Of a DNA stretch of 58,310 nucleotides, positions 20,101 through 28,870 are shown one piece after another. The notes under the pieces were generated by a model that had not been told where the DNA came from, did not search any database, and was given only the letters and a program-made list of their open reading frames with translations. The stretch is taken from contig JBDROB010000070.1 in assembly GCA_043810355.1 (NCBI GenBank), forward strand, positions 1 to 58,310, written 5' to 3'. Position 1 is the stretch's first letter. Each line of letters begins with the position of its first letter. This DNA is from Candidatus Woesearchaeota archaeon. GTDB lineage: Archaea > Nanobdellota > Nanobdellia > Woesearchaeales > JAGVYU01. A program made the position numbers and the translations under genes.

Positions 20101-20552
20101 AATTATGTCTTGATTACCAAGGAAAACCAGTTGCTTTTGGACCTTATTTAGCACCTGCTGTTGTTCAGGTTCCTCCAGGAAAACAATTTATTGCGGCTTT
20201 AGAAGAAATGTTTAATCCTTTATTATCTTTTCAAATATTTTCAACTCCTGAAGAAGCTATTAATTTAGCTAATAGTTCACGATATGGAATTCGAGCAGGA
20301 GTATGGGCTGAGGATACTCAATTTGTTAATGAGTGTGTTACAAGAATAGGTTCTGCATCGGTATTTGTTAATACACCTCACCTTAACTTATCGCCAGATT
20401 CTCCTGATTTAGGGGGTGGCAAAGATTCAGGTAGAAATATAGGTCCTGGAGGAGCGAAATACTTAGTATATGAATTTGCAGGACCACTTAAACAAGTTAA
20501 ATTCTATTCAAAAGAAGCTGCTAAAGCATTTATGGCTGGATACAAACCTTAA
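17175..20552 (+). CDS. Fusion: receiver domain + class III PLP aminotransferase + aldehyde dehydrogenase-like domain
   Basis: REC: ILIVE, VVIGD, GYILKP. AT-III: YLDLLGSFGALNLGHN, NSGAEATEAALK, SFHGKT, EPIQGEGG, DEIQTGLGRTG, GKSLGGG. ALDH: GITPAN, DLNGSDP, SGQIC, EEMFNP, ANSSRYGI. Confidence 0.85.
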   Translation: MTLRRSILIVESGPRRADLEGVLKASFPDYTIYSFAQPSDVNLPELSGVDVVIGDYAFSDQGDFMLAELAQHNPNARQLILANQDQVSKAVGLISDGRINGYILKPLEAIEAMVVPVLEELFQRIHLSGSEFQASQLDQKRVIDIFKDYGNPILTKLLQMFGMDTRFAKAEGQYVFDADGEKYLDLLGSFGALNLGHNPPQIEAKLREIAMSPKLLQPGLNPYHAEVLMLLDQITPDSVSRAYLANSGAEATEAALKLVAAATGKSAVVHTQGSFHGKTLGALSVTGNRKYQGPFSGLLVQQPVIPYNDPEALEKMLSSRDDIAAFIVEPIQGEGGINVPSSDYLQRVRDICTEHGVLLIVDEIQTGLGRTGKMFASSDINPDVLLIGKSLGGGHVPVSAMMTSDKLWNLAYGTTDSALLHTSTFSGNTTACAVAAESIRTLLSGNYIDRAKVLGDYLLSGLQYLQEMHDIIKEVRGQGLMIGIEFNKPFLGNLMTENYLGQIIAGQLFRNYHIITSFTLNRPNILRIEPPLTITKEDIDYALKSMDDLFTRLPKPEHHVATMIQYMTSEDLDEMVEMGTIIGGRQEPVDLDSAHVNVIADRLIADPALLMLRTKTYGSLDPDRRELVSSVYTNTITEINQRALQASCDAAKDFHAVPMSQRHKALAKWGDLVTENFSSLVKIGTFEGFSYQAMLWQLDTILNILDPEHLVTLENMMRPYQTAQGSRTVFYRESIPGVVGITPAANAAIVLGTLGVASSVSSGKSFVMSAGTSLTTHTLMNYLIDAFEENGIDPAPINVIYSNNRGSIKEWPGFGISDSGIVTVDPSLEQRRALDFVAYWGPRNEKLMESFDKAGIQGSYDLNGSDPIIVNKDADIDRAVSDIMLRYAASGQICISPKRAIVHEDAAGIVLEKVNYEIKQLRAGLLSDPTTDLMPVPGIRDRSRYEEAIKQALGEGGLVYISGELVPLGTEFSSLELCLDYQGKPVAFGPYLAPAVVQVPPGKQFIAALEEMFNPLLSFQIFSTPEEAINLANSSRYGIRAGVWAEDTQFVNECVTRIGSASVFVNTPHLNLSPDSPDLGGGKDSGRNIGPGGAKYLVYEFAGPLKQVKFYSKEAAKAFMAGYKP

Positions 20553-20553
20553 A

Positions 20554-21705
20554 ATGGCAAGAAGAATAGAGACTTTTAATGGAGATTTTGATGAGTTGCG
20601 TGACTTGATATTACGATCTTGGCATCCTGCTTATGATGGTCAAGCTGCAGTTTTTGATTATAGTGTACCATATTTGCAATGGAATCTTCAAGGCTCTACT
20701 TCTGATAAAGAGTTATCTTTATCTTATTACGATGGAAGTACCCTAGTGGGATTTGTGGGGGGAATGCCAAGAACTTTTAGTCTATTTAGTTCTCAAACAG
20801 TAAATGGAAGTTTGTGCAGTTTTTTATCATCTGATGTTAGTACCAAAAGAAGTAGAATCGCTTATGATCTTGTAACTCATTCTTCCGAGAGGCATCATCA
20901 AAGAGGTTATGATTTCCCTTTCTTTTTTTTGGATAAGAATTTTTCAGGGTCTCATCTTCTTTTTCATAAGCATGCTGATGAACATATTTACGATCTCGTA
21001 AGTCTTCCCGACACAAGTTTTTTAATTAAAGTTTTTGATGCTCAGAGATTTAGTGATTTAGATGCTTCAGTATCTAATATAGAGAGAAGAATTCTCAAAA
21101 TGTGGGAATCAGACCCTGTTCCTTTTGAAGTTGATGGCAAAATGCGTGAATATGATGATTCAGATCTTAGCACTTGTTTGTCTTTATTAAACTCCTATAA
21201 ATTCCATATTAATCTTGCTCGTCATTGGACTGAAGATGAATTACAATGGCAATTGTCACATCAAGGGATTAGTAGTACAACTGTATTTGAGAAAGACAAT
21301 CAAATTCAAGGGTTAATAAATTATCATGTAGTGCCTATGCATGGTCGGCCAGGTGTTGCTGGATCTCTTGCAATCATTGATAATATTTATTGGTTTAATC
21401 TTTCTGATCGTGAAAGACAATCTTTTTTATCACAAACTCTGAACCAGATCCAACAATCTCAAGATATACTTGGTGTTTTGGTTTTAGATTTTCCATATTA
21501 TAATCATCAAGATAATTCATCTGTTAAAATTGGAAAAAAGAGTTTTATTTTGAGATCTTTAACAAATCTGGTTCATAACAAACCGTTTAGAAAAACAGGT
21601 TTCTTACCTTTATTGCGTAGATTGGAACCAAATTTTATTGTATATGATCCTGCCATTGCTTCACAAATTGGAAAATGCAATTCAGTGTATTCAGATTTTA
21701 GATAA
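20554..21705 (+). CDS. N-myristoyltransferase-like tandem GNAT acyltransferase
   Basis: Start MARRIE 1 nt after the upstream stop; FDYSVPYLQW, LVGFVGGMP, SFLSS...RSRIA, MREYDDSDL...LLNSY, WTEDELQW parallel NMT motifs (FDYS.EFL.W, LVGFISAIP, NFLCV..LRSKRVA, LRPM...D...LL..Y). Confidence 0.65.
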   Translation: MARRIETFNGDFDELRDLILRSWHPAYDGQAAVFDYSVPYLQWNLQGSTSDKELSLSYYDGSTLVGFVGGMPRTFSLFSSQTVNGSLCSFLSSDVSTKRSRIAYDLVTHSSERHHQRGYDFPFFFLDKNFSGSHLLFHKHADEHIYDLVSLPDTSFLIKVFDAQRFSDLDASVSNIERRILKMWESDPVPFEVDGKMREYDDSDLSTCLSLLNSYKFHINLARHWTEDELQWQLSHQGISSTTVFEKDNQIQGLINYHVVPMHGRPGVAGSLAIIDNIYWFNLSDRERQSFLSQTLNQIQQSQDILGVLVLDFPYYNHQDNSSVKIGKKSFILRSLTNLVHNKPFRKTGFLPLLRRLEPNFIVYDPAIASQIGKCNSVYSDFR

Positions 21706-22833
21706 TGATTTAATCACAAAAACACATTCCTTCTTACCTTGAGCTATACATATAAGCTCCTCACATTTAAACTTCTCTGTAAATAATGTCTGAAATAAAT
21801 TCTCCAAAACTTGAGCTAGGAATAGGTCTGTTGGGTTCTTTGAAATTCCGAATATTTTTTTATATTCATCGGCAAATGGGTTATTTATATTTTTTATTAT
21901 GAACTCTAAATTCTTAAGGTTAGATTTAACAATAATAAATTTACCAAAGCAAGAAAGCGAAAGACGATTCAAAAAGAAAATAAGTTCATCTTTTGTTTTG
22001 ATTTCTTGATTTCTTTTCTTAATTATTCTTTTGACATGGCCTTCTGCCAGTAACATTAGCGCTTTTCTTGCTTTCTTATTATTGATTTCTTCTAGCTTTT
22101 TATTCAATATCACTATACAATAACAAGGAAATAAAACTCCTTGAGTGTTCTCAAAACCAACAGACCCTTCTGTGAAACTAAAAGGTAACTTTTCTTTTTT
22201 ATTATTGCTTATACTCTTTAACTTAGCAAATACACTAGTAAAGCATTTTTCAATCTCTTTTTCAATCTTCAAATGATTTTCATTTAAATCCTTCTTTTTT
22301 TCAAGTTTGCATACAAAATTACAAGATTTGTCACCCCTTCCCAAACATTGAGTTTCAATAGTATAAAAGTTCTTTTTATGAATGGTTTCGAGCACTCCAC
22401 TGATTAATCCGCTAAAATAGAAATTCATAACCTCTTTGGACTTTTTAGATTGATTAGCTTTTAATGCAATTGGCATATTTGTTATCCTTATTTTATATTC
22501 TTTCTTTTCTTCATTTACACTATACAACTCCGCTGATCCATATCCTATTAGGTCGCTTTGTTCAATAAACATCTTATAGCTTCCTTTAAAAATAAAACCA
22601 AATCTTTTGATTATTATTAATGCACCCATTTTGCCTTGGTTTCTTCCAATCTCATAAATTATCTTTTTATATTGTTCATCAAACTCATTTTGAATAAAAA
22701 GGAGATAATCAGAAAAAGATTGAACTTCAAAATAAGTGTAAGGTAAAGAAGATAAATGTAATAATCCCTCAGAGAACTTAATTTCATTAAATCTAAGTAT
22801 ATTGTAAATAAATTTTATAATTCTATTACCCAT
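21691..22833 (-). CDS. Tandem V4R (4-vinyl reductase) domain protein
   Basis: Two repeats ending ETQCLGRGDKSCNF and ELICIAQGKKECVF; IIYEIGRNQG, LIGYG, FSGLISG features. Confidence 0.8.
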   Translation of the reverse strand: MGNRIIKFIYNILRFNEIKFSEGLLHLSSLPYTYFEVQSFSDYLLFIQNEFDEQYKKIIYEIGRNQGKMGALIIIKRFGFIFKGSYKMFIEQSDLIGYGSAELYSVNEEKKEYKIRITNMPIALKANQSKKSKEVMNFYFSGLISGVLETIHKKNFYTIETQCLGRGDKSCNFVCKLEKKKDLNENHLKIEKEIEKCFTSVFAKLKSISNNKKEKLPFSFTEGSVGFENTQGVLFPCYCIVILNKKLEEINNKKARKALMLLAEGHVKRIIKKRNQEIKTKDELIFFLNRLSLSCFGKFIIVKSNLKNLEFIIKNINNPFADEYKKIFGISKNPTDLFLAQVLENLFQTLFTEKFKCEELICIAQGKKECVFVIKSLSKI

Positions 22834-22927
22834 AGAGTATATTTAATTTAGACAATATATTAATGTTTCTGAATATATTAGAAAAAAGTTAGGATAGATC
22901 ATGTTTGTGTTCAATTAAGTTTGTTAC

Positions 22928-23374
22928 TCAAGAGGGTCTTAGTTGTTCATAAATTTCTAAACCCTTCTGAATTCTTGCACACAGTCTTTTTCCATATTCA
23001 GGTTTTTTCTTGTCAATCCAACCAACTAAAAGTCCTGGATGATTAAGGGCATCTTCCATAACTTCTGGACCTGCTTGTGCTGTATTCATAATTATTTGAG
23101 AATATGGTGATATTCTTTTAATGGCTAGAGCGGAGTCAAATCCGTTTTTTACTAGAGAATTATCATCTTTGGGAGGTGCTTTGTAGTCAAGTATCACAAT
23201 AGGTACCTCATATCCTTCTTTAATAGCCTCTTCCACAAAATGTGCAACTTCATCTGGATATTGTGATTTACGAAGATTAAAGCCATCAAACTTTTCATGC
23301 TCTCTTATCTGAGTGACAACTATATCTAAACCTGTTTTTTCATCATCCATAATATATATTATTCCTTTTCTCAT
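22928..23374 (-). CDS. Single-domain response regulator
   Basis: IYIMDDE, VILDYKAP (phospho-Asp), MNTAQ, WIDKK. Confidence 0.85.
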   Translation of the reverse strand: MRKGIIYIMDDEKTGLDIVVTQIREHEKFDGFNLRKSQYPDEVAHFVEEAIKEGYEVPIVILDYKAPPKDDNSLVKNGFDSALAIKRISPYSQIIMNTAQAGPEVMEDALNHPGLLVGWIDKKKPEYGKRLCARIQKGLEIYEQLRPS

Positions 23375-23400
23375 TTTTTTACTTTAGAGTGAATATTTTA

Positions 23401-25377
23401 TTATAAATCTTTTGGCTCTTTTGGTAATCTGACTTCAAAAACTGTTAATTCTGGGCTTGAATATACACTAATTTGACCATCATGGTCACTAATTGCATTA
23501 TAACATTGAGATAATCCAAATCCAAGGCCCTTTGCTTTTGTTGTAAAAAAAGGATCAAAAATTTTAGTTCTTAAGTCTTCTGGAATTTCAGGACCATTAT
23601 TTGAGAATCTGACAACTATAGAGTCCCTTTCTTGAAATGTTTCTAATCTTATCATCCCTTTATCTTCAACTGCTTCAATACCATTTTTTAACAGATTAAG
23701 CCATGCTTGATTAAGATCTGCTACTTTGCCATAAAACTCTGGAATAGAACCATATTCTGTTACTATTTGAACATTTTTTTTCTTTGCTTCATGGTTAATT
23801 AAACTAACAGTTGTTTGTAAGTCTTCAGCAATATTAGTAAGAGCAACAGTTTCTTTTTCATGTCTTGAAAATCCCAAGATTGCATTTACAATTGTTGAGA
23901 CTCTTTGCACACCTTCTCCAAGGTTCCTTACTCTTCTTTCATAAACTGATGCAAAATCAAATATTTTTCTAAATATCTCTTCTGAGATTAGGTACTTGTC
24001 AGCAAGTCCAAATATAAATTTAACATCTTCTCCCTTTAGGCCAGCTTTTGCATATGATTCAGCTACTATTATTGCTCTAGGTACATTTCTTTCTTCAAAT
24101 AAATACTCCATTGCCTCCGCATTGGCTTCTACTTCTCTTTCTTCTATTTGACATGACTGAATAAACTGGTGAATTATAAACTTATATCTTTCAAATTCAT
24201 TTGGTTCAAATATTTGTTCAAAAACATTTTGACTAAGGTCTCGAACAACTTGCCTGTATTCTTCCAAAGTATCTACAGATGGCCTAACAGGAAGCAATGC
24301 ATTTCCCATTTCATGTGCTATACCTGCACTAAGCTGCCCTAAAGAAGCCATTTTTTCTGATTGGACAAGTTGAGCTTGTGCTTCTCTGAGTTCAGCTGTC
24401 CTTGCTTCAACCATTTCCTCAAGGTGTTCTGCATATTCTTTAAGTTGGGTTTGAGCTCCTTGGAGATCCTTATGAGCCCCTTGAAGCTCAAAGAATTGGC
24501 TTTCAGAGTATTCTAATTGTCTTTCTATCATAGCTCTTGTAATAAAATATTGTTTTAATCTCTGGATAGGAAGATGTACTAATCGGTGTCTTAGACTTGG
24601 ATTCTGCCATTTCATATCATATTGACAATGAGGTGCTCCATAAATTCGACCTGATGTCAATACAACTTTTCCATCAATAGATAAATCTTTTAGCACTGCT
24701 ACTCCATTTCTTCCATTATTATTTTGGACATGGACTTCCTTACCATATACTTGGCCATTGATCAACACTTTTTCATCCTCTCTTGTTAACTCTAACCCAA
24801 GATGTGAATATCCTTCAATCACTTCTTCAATAGTGAATATACATCTTGGTTCGTTAATATCTGCTACAGGCAAGTCCCAAATAGTAGGGATTGTTGCAAT
24901 AATTCCTTTGTTCCATGGACACATTAAATATATTGAAGTATCCCTTACCAAGGGATTATATCCTATAGTAACTGTTGCAGAATTATTTCCCAGATCTGAA
25001 ACATCCATGTCAAATATCCTATTGAATCTTCTGTTATACTTTGGAATCTGGCTAACTATAAACCTTGGATTTCCAAATAATCTAACCATATTTTCAAGAA
25101 TACCTACAGAACGTAACTTGGACATATTGACACCAATCTCATAGAATAAATCAGGATCTTGGTTACCTAATAACTCTTGTATAGATAAAACTAGTTTTCT
25201 TGCATGATTCCAGTCTATCCAATGATTTGGATCAGAAACAAATTCTTCTGTCAACTCACTTCCTTCAAAGAGGTGACTAATATCCCCTACTTCAGACATT
25301 ACAAACTGAAGCATAGTGTTGTAATTCATACAACTTACTCTTGTCTCAGGATCAATATCTAATTGTAATTCCCCCAT
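23401..25377 (-). CDS. Cytoplasmic sensor histidine kinase with N-terminal V4R/HNOB-like domain
   Basis: QLVQSEKMASLGQLSAGIAHEMGN (H-box), LNQAWLNLLKNG (N), NNGPEIP, IFDPFFTTK, GLGFGLS; no TM; N-domain CPWNKG...EPRC...GAPHCQYDMKW Cys pattern. Confidence 0.9.
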   Translation of the reverse strand: MGELQLDIDPETRVSCMNYNTMLQFVMSEVGDISHLFEGSELTEEFVSDPNHWIDWNHARKLVLSIQELLGNQDPDLFYEIGVNMSKLRSVGILENMVRLFGNPRFIVSQIPKYNRRFNRIFDMDVSDLGNNSATVTIGYNPLVRDTSIYLMCPWNKGIIATIPTIWDLPVADINEPRCIFTIEEVIEGYSHLGLELTREDEKVLINGQVYGKEVHVQNNNGRNGVAVLKDLSIDGKVVLTSGRIYGAPHCQYDMKWQNPSLRHRLVHLPIQRLKQYFITRAMIERQLEYSESQFFELQGAHKDLQGAQTQLKEYAEHLEEMVEARTAELREAQAQLVQSEKMASLGQLSAGIAHEMGNALLPVRPSVDTLEEYRQVVRDLSQNVFEQIFEPNEFERYKFIIHQFIQSCQIEEREVEANAEAMEYLFEERNVPRAIIVAESYAKAGLKGEDVKFIFGLADKYLISEEIFRKIFDFASVYERRVRNLGEGVQRVSTIVNAILGFSRHEKETVALTNIAEDLQTTVSLINHEAKKKNVQIVTEYGSIPEFYGKVADLNQAWLNLLKNGIEAVEDKGMIRLETFQERDSIVVRFSNNGPEIPEDLRTKIFDPFFTTKAKGLGFGLSQCYNAISDHDGQISVYSSPELTVFEVRLPKEPKDL

Positions 25378-25451
25378 GAGAGTTAAGAATGAATAACAAT
25401 ATTTAAATTTAATGAGTTAGATTTATATAGTATTTTATTTATAATTATATT

Positions 25452-26561
25452 ATGCTTGAAATAATTGAGGTGACAAATAATAAGAATCTTAAGAAGTTTC
25501 TTAAATTTTCTAATAAAATATATGAAAATGATAAGAACTGGATTAAACCATTTTTAGATGAGAAAAAAAAGTTTTTCAGTGATAAAAATCCTCAATGGAA
25601 ATATATAGAAAAATATCCATTAATCCTTTTAGACAATAACAAGATTGTAGGGAGAATATGTGGATTTTTAGACAAAGAAATCATGAAAAAACAATCATTA
25701 GGATTTTTTGGATTTTTTGAAGTGTTAGACAATCCAAAATACTCAAGATTATTATTAAACAAAGTTGAAGAATGGCTAAAAAATAAGAATGTGAATAAAA
25801 TAGTAGGTCCAATAAATAGCTCACTTGAAAATTATACTGGATTTCAATTAAAAGGATTTAACCAAATCTCAACTCCTTCTCTTACTTATACAAAAAAATA
25901 TTATATCAAACATATGAGAAAAAATAATTATAATCATATAAAAAAATTAAATGCATATATAATCAATTTAGATGAATTTAATGTATCAACATTGAAACCT
26001 TTACACAATAATATAAGGACAAATATTCGACCTTTAAATATCAAAGAATTTGATATTGAATCAAGATCTATCTTGGATATCATCAATAATTCATTTCCAG
26101 ATGACTATTTTGGCTTCAGAAAAATCAATATTGATGAATGGAAATTTTTAATTGAGTCTTTAAGACCTCTAATCAATCCAGAGGATATCTTAATCTATGA
26201 AGAGAATAAAAAACCAATTGGAGTTTTGTTTAGTATTCCAAATATAAATATCATATTAAGGACAATAAAACTAAAAAATGATTTTATCAGGAAACTATTA
26301 CTATTCTTTAGAAAAAATTCAATATCAATGAGGGTAATCTCCTTAATATGTATAAAAAGAAATAATACTCAAAAAGGCATAGGCAGTTATTTGATGTCAG
26401 CTTACATCACTCAGGCAAAAAAAAGGGGAATAAAAAATATTGAATATTCTTGGGTTTACGATGATAATCAAGTATCAAAATCATTAATAAATAGATTCAA
26501 TGGAAGAAAATATAAAATATACCAATTATTCCAAAAAACATTAGTTAAAAATCACAAATAA
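25452..26561 (+). CDS. YghO / bacterial ceramide synthase (bCerS)-like GNAT N-acyltransferase
   Basis: IYENDKNWIKP, KNP, VGRI, GFFGFFE, EEWL, IVGPIN, KGF, YY, QKGIGS acyl-CoA loop, EYSWVYDDN pattern of this family. Confidence 0.75.
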   Translation: MLEIIEVTNNKNLKKFLKFSNKIYENDKNWIKPFLDEKKKFFSDKNPQWKYIEKYPLILLDNNKIVGRICGFLDKEIMKKQSLGFFGFFEVLDNPKYSRLLLNKVEEWLKNKNVNKIVGPINSSLENYTGFQLKGFNQISTPSLTYTKKYYIKHMRKNNYNHIKKLNAYIINLDEFNVSTLKPLHNNIRTNIRPLNIKEFDIESRSILDIINNSFPDDYFGFRKINIDEWKFLIESLRPLINPEDILIYEENKKPIGVLFSIPNINIILRTIKLKNDFIRKLLLFFRKNSISMRVISLICIKRNNTQKGIGSYLMSAYITQAKKRGIKNIEYSWVYDDNQVSKSLINRFNGRKYKIYQLFQKTLVKNHK

Positions 26562-27243
26562 TATCTTTACCTGCATAAACATAATCATTTTCCTTAATAT
26601 TTATCTGAATATTCTTTTTTCCGATCTTGTCAGGTAAGATAAGATCAACTTGTGATCCCATCTTTATCATCCCTATCTTCTGGCCTTTATTGACAATATC
26701 ACCTCTTTTTCTCCAGCAAACAACCTTTTTTACAACAGTATCAGCTATCTGGATAATATAGACTGGAAATGACTTATCTTTGACCTTTCCCATTATCAGG
26801 ATTGTGTTCCTCTCATTCTCCAGTTCATAGTTATATTGGCCAGGTCTGGACAATTTATGGAAAATGACTTTGATCAACATGATCAACATTGACTTATTCT
26901 TGTGTGTTGTGTGCTTAATAAAATCAATCTTTCCAGAAACAGGAGCTCTATTGACATGGACACTTAAAGGATTCATAAAAATTCCAATTATATACCCATT
27001 CTTTATATTCTCCTTGATGTGAGTGATTTCCTGTAGTTTGATACTTCTTCCATTCTTGTTTGGATTTGGAATCTTTCCATTTGAAAATCTCTTGATATAA
27101 ACAACTGTGCCATCAGCTGGACTCACTAGATTATTCCCAGCAGGTATCCATCTTTTTGGATCCCTGTAAAATAATGCATATTTCCAAATAATTGTAAGTG
27201 CTATTAAAACAATCAATAATATCAATAAAAAATTTAATAACAA
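26545..27243 (-). CDS. psd: Phosphatidylserine (archaetidylserine) decarboxylase proenzyme
   Basis: N-terminal TM, FYRDP.R, SPADG, IFMNPLSVHVNRAP, ENERN, GMIKMGSQVDL (GS pyruvoyl cleavage site). Confidence 0.88.
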   Translation of the reverse strand: MLLNFLLILLIVLIALTIIWKYALFYRDPKRWIPAGNNLVSPADGTVVYIKRFSNGKIPNPNKNGRSIKLQEITHIKENIKNGYIIGIFMNPLSVHVNRAPVSGKIDFIKHTTHKNKSMLIMLIKVIFHKLSRPGQYNYELENERNTILIMGKVKDKSFPVYIIQIADTVVKKVVCWRKRGDIVNKGQKIGMIKMGSQVDLILPDKIGKKNIQINIKENDYVYAGKDIICDF

Positions 27244-27258
27244 AATTACACCTCTTTT

Positions 27259-28803
27259 TCAATCATATTTATATTTGATCTTTGAATGGTAAGGGAACTT
27301 ATCAAATGGATAGAACCTGACAATGATATAATCCTTTTTTCCATAGACTTTCTTGAAATACTTCTCTTTTGGTTTTAGATCAGGAATCCTGTCAAACAAA
27401 CCTTTTCTGATTGCATTTGTAAATAAGTTTATCTTGTTTTTTGGAATTTTAACGTTTTCTTTTAATTGGATCTCAACAACAAGATATGAGTTGTGTTTTT
27501 TATCATAATCAATCTTTAAATGGAAGTTTCCTGTTGTTTTTCCTCTAAGCAGTTTATTCTTAATCAAGATTGCTTCAACTTTGGTTGGAAATATCAGTGA
27601 TCCATAAAAATTGACTGTACCATCGCTTCTTCCTCTGATGTAGACAAAAGGGAAAGGGACTCTTAATCTTAAGTTAATCTTATTCTTCTTAAGGATTTTC
27701 CTCATCTCATAATAGGAGATGATACCTCCAATATCCTGAAGATTATATTTTATCAATGGCAAGACTGAGTTTAGATCTACAATTGAGAATATTATTTCCT
27801 TATTTTCATTTACCTGAAGAATGTATCTTGTAGGGTCATATTGAAATAACAATGGCAATCCTTTGGTATCTCCATAAACATCTTTTTTTAAATTCTTATT
27901 ATTTCTGGCAATTCTTCTTATCTTTATAGACTCAAACTCTTCGTTTATTCCAGTTATTCCAACATCAGAAGCTCCAAATGCAGAATAAATGTACCCTCTT
28001 TTGTTAATATCATCTGGTTTCTTTCCAATCAATTTGTAGAGATAGTCTCTCATCTCTTCAGGCATTGGCTCACCGCCAAGAATAAGATTAATATTGTATT
28101 TTTTCCAGTCAATCCTATTCTTTTTACCTTGCTCAAGAAGGTTTTTTACAAATGGAGGATAACCTGTTATAATGTATTGGTCAAACATGTTCTTGAATTC
28201 TTTGACAATATTGATTGTGTCTTCAATATCTGGTCCAGGATTGATTAAAGTCGAATGTCCGTCAGCAATTCGAGCAATCTCAATCCCAGTTATCCATGAT
28301 CCAAAAGCAAAAGTGTTGATAAAAAGTGTTTTGTATTTATAAGTTTCAAATAAAAGATCTAGACCAATTGTAGCAAACACTTTTTCTTCCTTTTCTTCCT
28401 CTTGAGATCTTGGCCAAATGGTTGCTTTTCCACTGTGACCTGAGCTCTCAAAAAGTATGTCAATCTCACTTGTGTCATTATTATAGCATAATTCCTTAAA
28501 TGATCCTGCCTTTTTAATATAATTAAATTTTGATGTGATTGGAACATTTTCAAGAAAATCATTGAATTTTCTTATGTTATCTGGATCACACTTGTTTTTC
28601 TTAAGAAATTTCTTATAAAAAGGAATCTCTTTGCTAGCTTTCTTGAATATGAGCATTGCCTTTCTCTTTCCAATGTCCTCTAGAATTTGCGGATCTGATC
28701 TTAAGAGCATTTTCTCTAATTTTTTAGGTTTCTTGCTTATCAATTTAACATACCTTTCAATAACAGAAATAGGGATTAATCTATATAGACCTCTTTTTAG
28801 CAT
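27259..28803 (-). CDS. Phenylacetate--CoA ligase (PaaK)-family adenylate-forming enzyme
   Basis: IPFYKKFL, SSGHSGKATIWPR P-loop, GYPPFVK, GGE, FGASD, PLIKYNLQD, GRSDG. Confidence 0.85.
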   Translation of the reverse strand: MLKRGLYRLIPISVIERYVKLISKKPKKLEKMLLRSDPQILEDIGKRKAMLIFKKASKEIPFYKKFLKKNKCDPDNIRKFNDFLENVPITSKFNYIKKAGSFKELCYNNDTSEIDILFESSGHSGKATIWPRSQEEEKEEKVFATIGLDLLFETYKYKTLFINTFAFGSWITGIEIARIADGHSTLINPGPDIEDTINIVKEFKNMFDQYIITGYPPFVKNLLEQGKKNRIDWKKYNINLILGGEPMPEEMRDYLYKLIGKKPDDINKRGYIYSAFGASDVGITGINEEFESIKIRRIARNNKNLKKDVYGDTKGLPLLFQYDPTRYILQVNENKEIIFSIVDLNSVLPLIKYNLQDIGGIISYYEMRKILKKNKINLRLRVPFPFVYIRGRSDGTVNFYGSLIFPTKVEAILIKNKLLRGKTTGNFHLKIDYDKKHNSYLVVEIQLKENVKIPKNKINLFTNAIRKGLFDRIPDLKPKEKYFKKVYGKKDYIIVRFYPFDKFPYHSKIKYKYD

Positions 28804-28870
28804 AAAATACCTTAATGATATTTATTGTATATAAATCTTATTCTTTAAGAGATAAAAAGAAAAAGAGATG

